NCBI GenBank assembly: GCA_963803805.1
Contig: CAWDOD010000003.1
Span: 480,001-544,000 of the forward strand
DNA: 64,000 bases
Reading direction: 5' to 3'
From: an uncultured cyanobacterium
GTDB lineage: Bacteria; Cyanobacteriota; Cyanobacteriia; Cyanobacteriales; CAWCAG01
Shown here: positions 9,050 through 18,851 of the stretch, one piece after another
Numbering within the stretch: position 1 is the first letter of the stretch
Layout: each line of letters starts with the position of its first letter
Made by a program: the position numbers and the translations under genes
The notes under the pieces: model-generated
Database searches by the model: none
The model's input: only the letters and a program-made list of their open reading frames with translations
What the model was told of the DNA's origin: nothing

Positions 9050-10471
9050 CTAGTCAAAATGCTTGATAATTGCCTCAGCAAACTCAGAACATTTTAAAGG
9101 TTCTACCGGAGGATTCATTAACCTAGCTAAATCATAAGTAACTTGTTGATTTGCGATCGCCCCACTCAAACCCTTATCAATTAAATCAGCAGCTTCTTGC
9201 CAACCTAAATAGGCAAGCATCATTTTTGCTGAGAGAATCAAAGAACCAGGATTAATCCGGTCTAAACCAGCGTGTTTTGGTGCTGTGCCGTGGGTAGCTT
9301 CAAAAATAGCACAACTATCACCAATATTAGCCCCTGGACCCATACCTAAGCCCCCGACGATTGCTGCAGCCGCATCAGAGAGATAGTCCCCATTAAGATT
9401 CATGGTCGCCAGGATAGAATACTCATCAGGTCTAGTTTGGATCTGTTGGAAAATGCTATCGGCAATGCGATCATTGACCATCACCTTGGCTTGCCATTTA
9501 CCATTACCGTGGCTTTCGCCAATGGCGTTTAAAACAGCTTCTACTTCTTGGCAAATTTCCTTTTGCTTTTCCGGAGTTAAAGAATCATAACCCGGATCAA
9601 TTTTCCGAGCATTATCTTCCACACTAAGTTTAGGATCACTATCTTTATTACTCAGAATCCAAGATTCCCTTTCGGTAATACAAGCATCACGAAATTCTGT
9701 AGTAGCTAATTCATAGCCCCAATCTCGAAATGCCCCTTCAGTGTATTTCATGATATTGCCCTTATGCACCAAAGTAACTTGCTGCTTAGCCTGGGGTAGA
9801 CGCAGGGCGTGTTGAATAGCACGACGTACTAAACGTTGCGAACCAGTCTTACTAATAGGTTTAATACCTATTCCTGAATCGAGGGGAATTTGTTTTTTAC
9901 CATGTTCCGGGGTGGCAGGAATTAACTCTTCATTGAGAATTTTAATCAATTTCTCGCCAATTTCTGTTCCCTTTGCCCATTCAATACCTAGATAGATATC
10001 CTCAGTGTTTTCTCGGTAAACAATAATATCTAACTTTTCCGGTGACTTATGGGGAGAAGGTGTACCAGGATAATAACGACAGGGACGGACGCAAGCATAT
10101 AAGTCATTGATTTGCCGCAAAGCCACATTGAGAGAGCGAATCCCTCCTCCTACAGGAGTTGTTAAAGGGCCTTTAATCGCTACACCGTACTCTCTAATTG
10201 CCGTCAAAGTATCTTCGGGTAAGTACTGATAAGTACCGTACTTCTCACAAGCCTCATCCCCGGCATAAATTTTAAACCAATTAATTTTGCGGCGATCCCC
10301 ATAGGCAGCTTTAACCGCAGCATCAATAGTCTTCTGAGTTGCAGGCCAAATATCTACACCTGTGCCATCACCACGAATAAAGGGGATAATCGGATCATCA
10401 GCAACCACTGGTTCTCCTTCAGTGAAAGTAATTCGAGAACCGACACTGGGAGGCTTAATTTTTTCGTACAT
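9050..10471 (-). CDS. icd: NADP-dependent isocitrate dehydrogenase
   Basis: GDGTGVDI, KGPLTTPVGGGIRSLNV, HKGNIMK, NLNGDYLSD, EATHGTAP. Confidence 0.97.
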   Translation of the reverse strand: MYEKIKPPSVGSRITFTEGEPVVADDPIIPFIRGDGTGVDIWPATQKTIDAAVKAAYGDRRKINWFKIYAGDEACEKYGTYQYLPEDTLTAIREYGVAIKGPLTTPVGGGIRSLNVALRQINDLYACVRPCRYYPGTPSPHKSPEKLDIIVYRENTEDIYLGIEWAKGTEIGEKLIKILNEELIPATPEHGKKQIPLDSGIGIKPISKTGSQRLVRRAIQHALRLPQAKQQVTLVHKGNIMKYTEGAFRDWGYELATTEFRDACITERESWILSNKDSDPKLSVEDNARKIDPGYDSLTPEKQKEICQEVEAVLNAIGESHGNGKWQAKVMVNDRIADSIFQQIQTRPDEYSILATMNLNGDYLSDAAAAIVGGLGMGPGANIGDSCAIFEATHGTAPKHAGLDRINPGSLILSAKMMLAYLGWQEAADLIDKGLSGAIANQQVTYDLARLMNPPVEPLKCSEFAEAIIKHFD

Positions 10472-10764
10472 AACAAGTGTTAACTAGACTATGACATCTT
10501 TGGTAGGCTACCAGATATTAAAGAAAAAAACTCTTAGCAGTAAACACATTGGCAAAGATATTTTGAAAATTAGCCCCAGTTAGCGTTGTAAGTGCTAGGC
10601 TCTAGGGGTGTAAATTATTACTGGGTGTATTAAGAGCTTTTCAACCAAGCAGTTATTTTGATACTTGAAGGTAAGGAAATTTGTAAACATATAGGGTTTC
10701 CCTGAAATAGCTGCTGTAACTTAACTTGTGTGTCTAAGTAGATTGCCTGCATAACGAACGTAAA

Positions 10765-11487
10765 ATGAAAAGAATTTTAGTAGTAGACGATGACAAAACC
10801 CTGCGCATTGTTCTTAAGCGTTATTTGGAAAAACAGGGATACCAAGTTGAAGTAGTAGAATCAGGTAAGGAAGGATTAGTTGCTTTTAGTAAAAATCCTC
10901 CTGATTTAGTGGTTTCTGATGTGGTCATGCCAGAAATGGATGGTTTGACTTTCTGTCGCACCCTACGTTCTACCCCCTCTGGTCAATTAGTTCCTTTTAT
11001 CTTCCTTTCTTGTAAAGGACAATTAGAAGATAGGATTCAAGGACACTCTACAGGGGCAGATGACTATTTGACTAAACCTTTTGATACCAGGGAATTACTA
11101 GCAAAAATAGAAGTACAGCTAGAGCGTTCCCACCGTATCCACACAGAGATTGTTCGCTTGATGCAGAAGATGGTGACAGTAAATTCTGGAGCAACAACTT
11201 CTAGTCTTCCTACTGCAAATAATCACCAGCAAACTCATCAGCAAAAAGTAGAACAAGAAGCTAGTTCTAAACCTCAACCTTTACCCCTAACCCCTGCTGA
11301 GGAAAGGGTATTCTGGGAAGTAATTCAAGGGTTAACAAACAAACAAATCAGTCAGCTATTACTGATTAGTCCTCGTACAGTACAAACCCACTTGAGTAAC
11401 ATTTTGGGTAAGTTACAGCTAGAAAACCGCTCTCAATTAGTACGCTTTGCCTATGAACAGGGCTATCAAGTCTCTGGCAGGAATTAG
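10765..11487 (+). CDS. NarL/LuxR-family response regulator
   Basis: REC domain (VVDDD, SDVVMP, KPF) plus LuxR HTH (LTPAE...GLTNKQIS..L.ISPRTVQTH). Confidence 0.92.
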   Translation: MKRILVVDDDKTLRIVLKRYLEKQGYQVEVVESGKEGLVAFSKNPPDLVVSDVVMPEMDGLTFCRTLRSTPSGQLVPFIFLSCKGQLEDRIQGHSTGADDYLTKPFDTRELLAKIEVQLERSHRIHTEIVRLMQKMVTVNSGATTSSLPTANNHQQTHQQKVEQEASSKPQPLPLTPAEERVFWEVIQGLTNKQISQLLLISPRTVQTHLSNILGKLQLENRSQLVRFAYEQGYQVSGRN

Positions 11488-11641
11488 AAACAGTGATGAA
11501 AGTTGGATGATCCAAGCTGTAGCCTCTAACCGATACAATTAACCATGACTGTATAAAAGAAAAGAGTAGAGACTACTACTCACTTTTTCAGAACCCAAAA
11601 ATTAACAACTATTAAGAATTTATATCTCAAAGAGTTTTTTT

Positions 11642-12370
11642 ATGACGGAGCAAAATATCGTCTCAGTCCAAAATCGAGACTCAGCGATCGCCCAATTACA
11701 GCGTCAGTTACACTCAGAGTCAGAGAAAAATCAGCTTAAGTTGATTCCTCAATTAGTAGAAGCAGGGGAACCAGGTTTAGAAGTATTGCAAGAATTTCTC
11801 TTACAACGGCAATTAGATTCTCCTGATCTAGTAGCGGGTAAAGTTTATCAAGTTCTTTACCAAAGCGAGAACTCCAGCAGCAAAGAATTTCTGCAAACTC
11901 ACTTTCCCACAGGATTAGTTCCCCTGAAAACAGATAAAAATATAGACTATCAACCTCTACAAAAACTTCTAGCTGAACAAGATTTTCAAGGGGCTGATCG
12001 CTTAACATTAGGAAAACTCTGCCAATTGGTTGGGGCTGAAGCCCAAAAAAGAAATTGGCTTTATTTTACTGAAGTCGATCAATTGCCAATCACAGATTTG
12101 CAAACCATTAATAACCTTTGGTTAAGCCATTCTGAAGGTAAATTCGGATTCTCTGTACAGCGAGAAATTTGGTTAGCCTTGGGCAAAGACTTTTCTAAAT
12201 TGTGGCATAAAATTAGTTGGAAGCAGAGTAACAATTGGACTCGCTATCCTAATGAATTTATTTGGAATCTTAGCGCTCCTAAAGGCCACCTTCCCCTCTC
12301 TAACCAACTTAGGGGAACTAGAGTAATTGCGGCTTTACTCTCTCACCAAGCTTGGTCAAAAAAATCTTAA
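11642..12370 (+). CDS. gun4: GUN4 / Ycf53 Mg-chelatase cofactor
   Basis: DYQPLQKLL..QDFQGAD, DLQTINNLW..HSEGKFGFSVQREIW, APKGHLP; N-terminal helical extension. Confidence 0.92.
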   Translation: MTEQNIVSVQNRDSAIAQLQRQLHSESEKNQLKLIPQLVEAGEPGLEVLQEFLLQRQLDSPDLVAGKVYQVLYQSENSSSKEFLQTHFPTGLVPLKTDKNIDYQPLQKLLAEQDFQGADRLTLGKLCQLVGAEAQKRNWLYFTEVDQLPITDLQTINNLWLSHSEGKFGFSVQREIWLALGKDFSKLWHKISWKQSNNWTRYPNEFIWNLSAPKGHLPLSNQLRGTRVIAALLSHQAWSKKS

Positions 12371-12750
12371 CTGGAAAATTGTTTTAAGACAGACATAATT
12401 AAAAGCTAATCTGTAATACACTATATACTTGACCTCTACTTTACTCCAAATAGCAAAGTTAGTCTTTAAGACATTTATTTTTAATATCTCTGTCTGAAAG
12501 CGGGTTTATTTATTTAGTTTATTGAGGACAATTAAGAGCGAGTGTTGTTGCCGAAAATTATCCCACTCAGCGTATATCTACTAAAGAGTATGGTAAAAAT
12601 AAAGTTACCATGAAAATACCTTAAACTATCTGTTCTTGATATGTTTGTTAAACACAACTTCAGGGAACGTTAAGTGTAGCAGGCAACCTAAAAAAAACAG
12701 TCTTGTTTGGACAACAAATGCGAGCAGCCGATACAGGGATAGGGGCAAAT

Positions 12751-14298
12751 ATGAGCAACCCTAAAAACAATAGACTTTTTTGTCGTTTGGATGGTCTGAC
12801 CCCTACAGAACGAGAACAAAAACGACTTGCTGCCTTAAACAGTCTAGGTTTATTGGAGGTAGAAACAGCCCCAGTTTTTGATGAGGCAACCCAAACCGTA
12901 GCCCGCATTTTAGCAGCCCCCATTGGTGTTTTGAGCCTCATGGTGCAAGAGCAAGTTTGGCTGAAATCCACCCTAGGCTTATCTAGTATTGGCTTGATGA
13001 ACCAATTAGCAGTGTCGAGAAAAATACCCCGTGGGGAAGCTTTCTGCACTTTTGTTGTTGATAGTCAAAACAGCTTAGTTATTGAAGATACCCTAGAAGA
13101 TTTGGTATTTTCCCGTAGTACTTTAACCCAACATTACGGTATCCGTGCTTACCTGGGAGTGCCTTTGATGCAGTCTAATGGCAAGTGCTTAGGTAGTTTA
13201 GAAGTAATGGATATTGTACCTCGCCAATTCTCTGAGCAGGATATCCAATTTCTAATTATGACAGCCCGTTGGTGTCTCAGTGAGTTTGAACGTAATCGCC
13301 TCTGGGAAAATCAGCAGCGAGGTGGAGGATCACGGACAACCGAACCATCAACTTTTAGGCCGGAGTTTTCCCTCGAAGCAGCTAGAAATGCTAACATGAA
13401 AGGGTTTAATTCTCCTCTCAACTACCAGTCAGAATGGGATTCGTCTCCATCAGATTCCCCTTCTTCAACGGATGGGTTGAAAGTCAAACTATTAGCCCAA
13501 CTTACCCAAGAACTTAAAACTCCTTTGACTTCAGTTATGGGTATGGCTAGTGTTTTAGGTCATGAAGTCTACGGTCCTCTAACCAGAAAACAGAAAGAAT
13601 ATCTAGATATTATCCACAATAGCGGTCAGCATTTGCTTTCTTTAGTGGAGGAAATAGTTAATTTAGGAGTTATGGGGGAAGATACCCAAAGACTCAATTT
13701 AACTTCAGTAGATATAGAAATGCTTTGCCAACAAGCCATCAACAAGCTTACCCAAATGGCACAGCAGCAGGAACAGGAAATTCGCTTAAGCGTAGAACCA
13801 GGAAACCGGATCTGGCTTTTAGACAAAGAAAAGGTAAGACAAACCCTCTACTACTTAATCTTTAGCGTTATTGAATCTGCTGAAGCCGGAGGGGAAGTGC
13901 GGGTTCATGTTTCTCGCAAAGCTAGCAAGTTGCAAATTTCTGTTTGGGTTTCCCATCCTTGGTTAGGGGATGGTTTGCCTCAAATGGAATTGTATTCTCC
14001 TTTGATTAGTAATTATGGCAGTCAGGGCTTAGGAGCAATTTCAGGACTAAATGAAGAGCGGGAACTTTCCTATAACGGTCACTCAGAAGCTGTAACTTCT
14101 GGTATTACAGCCGCTTATAAAAAAGCCGAACAAAATAAAGACACTAACAAGAGTAATTCTCGCGAAATCCTTGGCTTACTCCTAAGCTGTCAACTAGCAG
14201 AAATGCACGGTGGTAAAATTTCTGTTCAAGGTTCTTTGGAATCAGGCTATCGCTACGTCCTCAATTTGCCTCAAATGTCTCCTGGAGAGCAAATTTGA
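12751..14298 (+). CDS. GAF-domain histidine-kinase-like protein with a degenerate H-box
   Basis: GAF (EQKRLAAL, FCTFVV, IRAYLGVPL), HisKA-like TQELKTPLTSV, HATPase-like C-terminus (LAEMHGGKISV). ATG 12751 preferred over TTG 12703. Confidence 0.85.
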   Translation: MSNPKNNRLFCRLDGLTPTEREQKRLAALNSLGLLEVETAPVFDEATQTVARILAAPIGVLSLMVQEQVWLKSTLGLSSIGLMNQLAVSRKIPRGEAFCTFVVDSQNSLVIEDTLEDLVFSRSTLTQHYGIRAYLGVPLMQSNGKCLGSLEVMDIVPRQFSEQDIQFLIMTARWCLSEFERNRLWENQQRGGGSRTTEPSTFRPEFSLEAARNANMKGFNSPLNYQSEWDSSPSDSPSSTDGLKVKLLAQLTQELKTPLTSVMGMASVLGHEVYGPLTRKQKEYLDIIHNSGQHLLSLVEEIVNLGVMGEDTQRLNLTSVDIEMLCQQAINKLTQMAQQQEQEIRLSVEPGNRIWLLDKEKVRQTLYYLIFSVIESAEAGGEVRVHVSRKASKLQISVWVSHPWLGDGLPQMELYSPLISNYGSQGLGAISGLNEERELSYNGHSEAVTSGITAAYKKAEQNKDTNKSNSREILGLLLSCQLAEMHGGKISVQGSLESGYRYVLNLPQMSPGEQI

Positions 14299-14334
14299 AA
14301 GAAAATAATCGCTAATTGTTAATAGAAAGGCTAT

Positions 14335-15726
14335 ATGTATTCTGCTTGGCAAAGATTTACTCTTTCTGACTTGAACCTTTATAGATGGAGAGGGGCAAGT
14401 TTTTTATACCGCTTAGTTGGTTTATTAAGTGGTTGGCGACAAGGAAGTTGGTTACTTCAGTGGGCAGAAACTATTGGACTATTACTAATCAGTCTGGTTT
14501 TGGTCACTGGACCTTTTGTTTCTACTTCCTTGATTGGTCTATTATTGGTAGCTTGTGGAAGCTATTGCTTTCTTTTCGTGGCGACGGATAATACCCGAAT
14601 AGTTTTGACTCCTGTACACTTACTGGTGTTTATGTATTGGGGCATTGCTACTGTTGCTACAGCATTTTCTCCAGTTAAGGAAGCTGCTTTTTCTGGTTGG
14701 ATCAAACTTACCCTTTATATTGTCTTTTTTGCTCTTGCTTCATTAATTTTACGTTCTGCTACCTTACGTTCTTGGGCAATTGGTATTTTTCTCCATGCCG
14801 CTTTAATAGTCAGCGTTTACGGCATCAGACAGGAGATTTTTGGGGCAGAACAATTGGCAACTTGGAATGATCCCACCTCGCAACTTGCCCAAGATACACG
14901 GGCTTATAGCTATTTAGGAAATCCTAATCTCTTAGCTGGATATTTATTAACCGCCGTAGCTTTAAGTCTGGCAGCTTTTTTTGTCTGGCGACTTTGGTTG
15001 CCAAAAATACTAGCAGCAACGATGATTTTGGTTAACACTGCTTGCCTATACTTTACTGATAGTCGTGGCGGTTGGATTGGGATGTTGGCTCTTATTTTAG
15101 TTTTTTTGCTCTTACTCCGCGTTTGGTGGGCTGCCTATTTACCAAGCTTTTGGCGTAAATGGCTGCTTCCTATAGTTTTTGGTTGTCTGGCAGCTTTTCT
15201 GATTGCGGCGGCGATTTTTGTTGAACCTTTACGGTTAAGGGTCATGAGTATTTTTGCCGGAAGGGAAGATAGTAGTAACAATTTCCGTATGAATGTTTGG
15301 GCAGCAGTTTTTAAAATGATTAGCGATCGCCCCTTAATTGGTATAGGTCCTGGTAATGATGCCTTCAATGCCATCTATCCCATTTACCAGCAACCCCGTT
15401 TCACTGCTTTAAGTGCTTATTCTATTTTCTTAGAAATTGCTGTAGAAACGGGTATTATCGGCTTATCAGCTTTCCTTTGGTTAATAATTGTCACCTATCA
15501 ACATGGTTACAGAACCTTGGTTGATTTACGGGAATCGGGTAATAAACAAGGATATTGGTTGATAGCTTCCCTAGCTGCTCTAGCTGGAATGTTAGCTCAC
15601 GGTGTTGTAGATACAGTTTGGTATCGCCCTCAAATTAGTAGTCTTTGGTGGTTGTCTATGGCAATTGTAGCCAGCTTTTATCAGTTATCAAATATGTCTA
15701 ACGACAACGGCAAAGCCGTACAATGA
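14335..15726 (+). CDS. ictB: IctB-family membrane protein (O-antigen ligase/Wzy_C-like)
   Basis: LATWNDP, RAYSYLGNPNLLAGYL, SRGGW, REDSSNNFRMNVW, GIGPGN, DTVWYRP. Confidence 0.93.
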   Translation: MYSAWQRFTLSDLNLYRWRGASFLYRLVGLLSGWRQGSWLLQWAETIGLLLISLVLVTGPFVSTSLIGLLLVACGSYCFLFVATDNTRIVLTPVHLLVFMYWGIATVATAFSPVKEAAFSGWIKLTLYIVFFALASLILRSATLRSWAIGIFLHAALIVSVYGIRQEIFGAEQLATWNDPTSQLAQDTRAYSYLGNPNLLAGYLLTAVALSLAAFFVWRLWLPKILAATMILVNTACLYFTDSRGGWIGMLALILVFLLLLRVWWAAYLPSFWRKWLLPIVFGCLAAFLIAAAIFVEPLRLRVMSIFAGREDSSNNFRMNVWAAVFKMISDRPLIGIGPGNDAFNAIYPIYQQPRFTALSAYSIFLEIAVETGIIGLSAFLWLIIVTYQHGYRTLVDLRESGNKQGYWLIASLAALAGMLAHGVVDTVWYRPQISSLWWLSMAIVASFYQLSNMSNDNGKAVQ

Positions 15727-15822
15727 CAAATTGTCAGTTGATCTATTTTTAATTTGAACAAAATACAGCTCATCGATTACAAACTTTGTAGGTTTTACAA
15801 CCGATTAAGGTCAAACTCTTAA

Positions 15823-16290
15823 TCAGTAACGCTTTATAGCCCTTGCCATATCTCTTTGATCTTGCCGACTTTTAATGGTTTCTCGCTTATCGTGAACTTT
15901 CTTACCCTTACCTAAACCTAAAGCCACCTTAATCCAATCACCTTTAAAATACATCTTTAAAGGTACTAAAGTTAGGCCTTTTTGTTGTATTTGACCGATT
16001 AGTTTGTTAATTTGTTTGCGATGTAACAATAGTTTGCGAGTACGGCGGGGATCATGGTTGAAATACTCGCCGCTAGCTTGATAAGGGCCAATATAAAGGT
16101 TCAAAAGCCAAGCTTCTCCATCTCGCATCAACCCGTAAGCATCTCTGAGATTAATTCTGCCTTCCCGAATTGCTTTTACTTCTGTTCCTGTGAGTTGAAT
16201 TCCTGCTTCATAAGTTTCCAGGATTTCATAGAGATAACGGGCTTGACGGTTATCAGCAATGACTTTAAATCCTTCTGTATTTTTCCCCAT
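15823..16290 (-). CDS. smpB: SsrA-binding protein SmpB
   Basis: NRQARYLY, EAGIQLTGTEVK, RTRKLLLH, GKKVHDKRE; ATG at 16290. Confidence 0.97.
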   Translation of the reverse strand: MGKNTEGFKVIADNRQARYLYEILETYEAGIQLTGTEVKAIREGRINLRDAYGLMRDGEAWLLNLYIGPYQASGEYFNHDPRRTRKLLLHRKQINKLIGQIQQKGLTLVPLKMYFKGDWIKVALGLGKGKKVHDKRETIKSRQDQRDMARAIKRY

Positions 16291-16420
16291 TGATACCCTC
16301 AAATTTTTAAGTAAAGTCTGGGCAGTTAGCTAACAAGAGCTTAACGACCTCTTAATATCATCTTAGAATGTTTAACTTGCTCCTAGATGATTAAAATCCT
16401 ATGGGATAGTTAGCATTGTT

Positions 16421-16446
16421 CCGTGTATTATGTGTATAATACATGG
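16421..16446. promoter_or_regulatory. Palindrome in the divergent smpB/kptA intergenic region (possible operator)
   Basis: CCgTGTATTAT-gtgt-ATAATACAtGG; contains a TATAAT hexamer. Confidence 0.4.
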
Positions 16447-16571
16447 GAATCGCTTTTATATGACCTTGCTTGAAAAGTAACCATATTCAAAAAATCGCCA
16501 TTTAAAGTTTAATGTAACTCCTCTGCCAAAACTAGATTGCGAGTTACTTATTACAGCTTATTGGTAACGGA

Positions 16572-17156
16572 ATGAAAAGTTCTCGCTTAGTAAAGATCAG
16601 CAAATATCTCAGCTATCATCTACGCCATCATCCAGAAAAATTAAGTTTGCAAATTGAACCTGGAGGTTGGGTGAAAGTAGAAGAACTTTTAACTGCTTGT
16701 AGAAGAAATAATTTCTTGATTAACCGGAAAGAACTTGAAGAGGTAGTATCAGAAAATTATAAAAAACGCTTTTCTTTCGATGCTAAAGGTACTCGCATTC
16801 GCGCTAACCAAGGTCACAGTATTGCTGTAGATTTACAACTAAAAGAAATAACTCCACCAGCTATACTCTACCACGGCACAATCAAATCAGCCCTTGAGTC
16901 TATTTTAAAGCAAGGTCTGCAAAAAATGGCTCGTCATCACGTACATTTATCTGCTGATATTAACATAGCTAAAATTGTTGGTAAAAGGCGAGGTAAACCT
17001 ATTGTTCTTCAAATAAATGCTACGAAAATGTATGAGGAGAGTTATAAGTTTTTCTGTTCTAATAATGGCGTTTGGTTAGTAGATGAAGTTCCGCCACAGT
17101 ATTTACAGGAATTAGAGGATTTTTTCTCAGATCAGCAATTAAAACAATTCAAGTAG
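16572..17156 (+). CDS. kptA: RNA 2'-phosphotransferase KptA/Tpt1
   Basis: SKYLSYHLRH, KKRF, IRANQGHS, LYHGT, RHHVHLS, NGVWL. Confidence 0.95.
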   Translation: MKSSRLVKISKYLSYHLRHHPEKLSLQIEPGGWVKVEELLTACRRNNFLINRKELEEVVSENYKKRFSFDAKGTRIRANQGHSIAVDLQLKEITPPAILYHGTIKSALESILKQGLQKMARHHVHLSADINIAKIVGKRRGKPIVLQINATKMYEESYKFFCSNNGVWLVDEVPPQYLQELEDFFSDQQLKQFK

Positions 17157-17212
17157 CAAAAGCGCAAAAACTAGATTATAAACTGTAAATTATTTCAATA
17201 AAAGTCACATAT

Positions 17213-18421
17213 ATGTCTTCATTTTCTTTTTGGCAAAAAGATGGGGAGAAAAGTCCCTATCACAAAAAACAAGGATTGCTGAGTAACGGTTGGCGACCTT
17301 TGGAAAGAGAGTTCAATTGGGATTTTTTCTGGCATTTAGTTACTAATGATGGAGAAAAACTAGTCGAAGCAACTTTAGACATAACTAGCGATCTTGCTAA
17401 TGCTCTTGGTCGTAAAGAGTATGCTTGGTGGGCAAATATTTTCAACCTATTTGGGGAAGATATTCGCTATGAAATCGAAGAATTTTGGGAATATATTACC
17501 CCAGAAACTGTGACTCCAAATAGCCATACAGCTAAAGCAGTTATTAAGGTAGAAAGTCCGGTTAATCAAGAAGTTAGCCGCGATTCTATCCCCCTAGATT
17601 TTCTTCTCAAAAAGCTGCAAGAAATTACTATTTTTAGGATAGTTGATTTTTTGGGAACTCCAGATTTAATCACCCAAAATTATCAACAACGTTGTTTTTA
17701 TTATCCCTCTAGCCGTTTCCAAAGTTGGGAGCAGTTAGAAATAATTGGTGTACTCCATGCTTATTGGTCAAAATATCAAGTTTGGCTAGAAATTAATACT
17801 AGTGAAAGAGGAAAGCAAAACTATACTTTAATAGCAGATAGCCTTACTCCTTTGGTTAACAAAGCTACCTACAATTTAGCTGTAATGTTGAGTGGTTATC
17901 AAAGTAGAGTAGGGCAGGTCAATAGTCAGTATAAAATTCGTTCTTTCCCTGAAGCAATTCAGAGTTTTACTGATGTTGTACAACAAGCAATTTTAGATTG
18001 TCATCAATTGGCTGTATTAGTTCATGGTAAGCCTGGTACAGGCAAAACTGCTTGGACTCAAGCAGTAGCTAAAGAGATTTTAATGCCTCTTGGTTATGTG
18101 ATATTTATTTTAGATCATGATGCTATAGAAAATTTTGTTCCTCCCAGTTATTTAGAGCGTATTTGTATTATTGTTAATGAAGCAGATAACTTAGCTCAAA
18201 ACCGTGCTTCTGAGGTTGCCCAACGTAGTAACAAAACAGAACATATTCTTAGCTTGTTGGACGGAACTTTATACGAGAGTGTCATAGATGAAGAAGGTAC
18301 TAAGTGTCAACAAAAACTAGTGGTATTATTAACTTGTAATACTACAGAAAGATTAGATCCCGCCTTGTTAAGAAAGGGGAGAATAGATTTAATTAGTGAG
18401 TTTACCCACAAGTTTATTTAG
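17213..18421 (+). CDS. AAA+ ATPase with an uncharacterised N-terminal region
   Basis: Walker A GKPGTGKT, variant Walker B IIVNEAD, SRH TCNTTERLDPALLRKGRID. Confidence 0.85.
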   Translation: MSSFSFWQKDGEKSPYHKKQGLLSNGWRPLEREFNWDFFWHLVTNDGEKLVEATLDITSDLANALGRKEYAWWANIFNLFGEDIRYEIEEFWEYITPETVTPNSHTAKAVIKVESPVNQEVSRDSIPLDFLLKKLQEITIFRIVDFLGTPDLITQNYQQRCFYYPSSRFQSWEQLEIIGVLHAYWSKYQVWLEINTSERGKQNYTLIADSLTPLVNKATYNLAVMLSGYQSRVGQVNSQYKIRSFPEAIQSFTDVVQQAILDCHQLAVLVHGKPGTGKTAWTQAVAKEILMPLGYVIFILDHDAIENFVPPSYLERICIIVNEADNLAQNRASEVAQRSNKTEHILSLLDGTLYESVIDEEGTKCQQKLVVLLTCNTTERLDPALLRKGRIDLISEFTHKFI

Positions 18422-18440
18422 TGAAGTGTGGAACGGAGTA

Positions 18441-18561
18441 GTAAGCTGTCAGGCATTTAATTTACTTATTAGGTTTGATGAGGAGATAGGGAGATGGGGG
18501 AAGGGTTTTAGGGCTGATTTCCTAGTTTAGTAATACACAGTTTAAATGCACATCAGCTTAC
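18441..18561. mobile_element. MITE-like element (~120 bp) with terminal inverted repeats
   Basis: Left GTAAGCTGtcagGCATTTAA and right TTAAATGCacatCAGCTTAC; TA at both termini; internal GGAGATAGGGAGATGGGG short repeats. Confidence 0.6.
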
Positions 18562-18780
18562 CACCTGGGATCTTATCTTGAATGTTCCTCCCTCACTAAA
18601 CACCTTGAATCTACTACCATTAGAAAGGCTAAAAGCCAATCAGGGAAACTGCTTTAACACAATCTAAAGAAAACCTTAAGCTAGAATAGATTTGGGTCTA
18701 TAATAACTTATATTAAAAGTACTAAAGATAAATACCGCTAGCTGAACGACGTATAAAAAAGCTAGCACTATAACGAATTG

Positions 18781-18805
18781 CACCCAACCTTTCGCAGGTT
18801 GGGTG
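18781..18805. terminator. Perfect hairpin between convergent genes
   Basis: CACCCAACCT-TTCGC-AGGTTGGGTG, 10-bp stem. Confidence 0.7.
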
Positions 18806-18851
18806 TATATTTTTAATCGTACTTTTTTCAGTGAAGGATTTTCCTTACTCC

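Noticed and set aside
10472-10764. NtcA box upstream of icd
   Set aside because: No GTA-N8-TAC found by eye; only near-misses such as GTA-N6-TAC
15823-16571. tmRNA (ssrA) near smpB
   Set aside because: No GGGGC...TCCACCA tRNA-like ends found nearby
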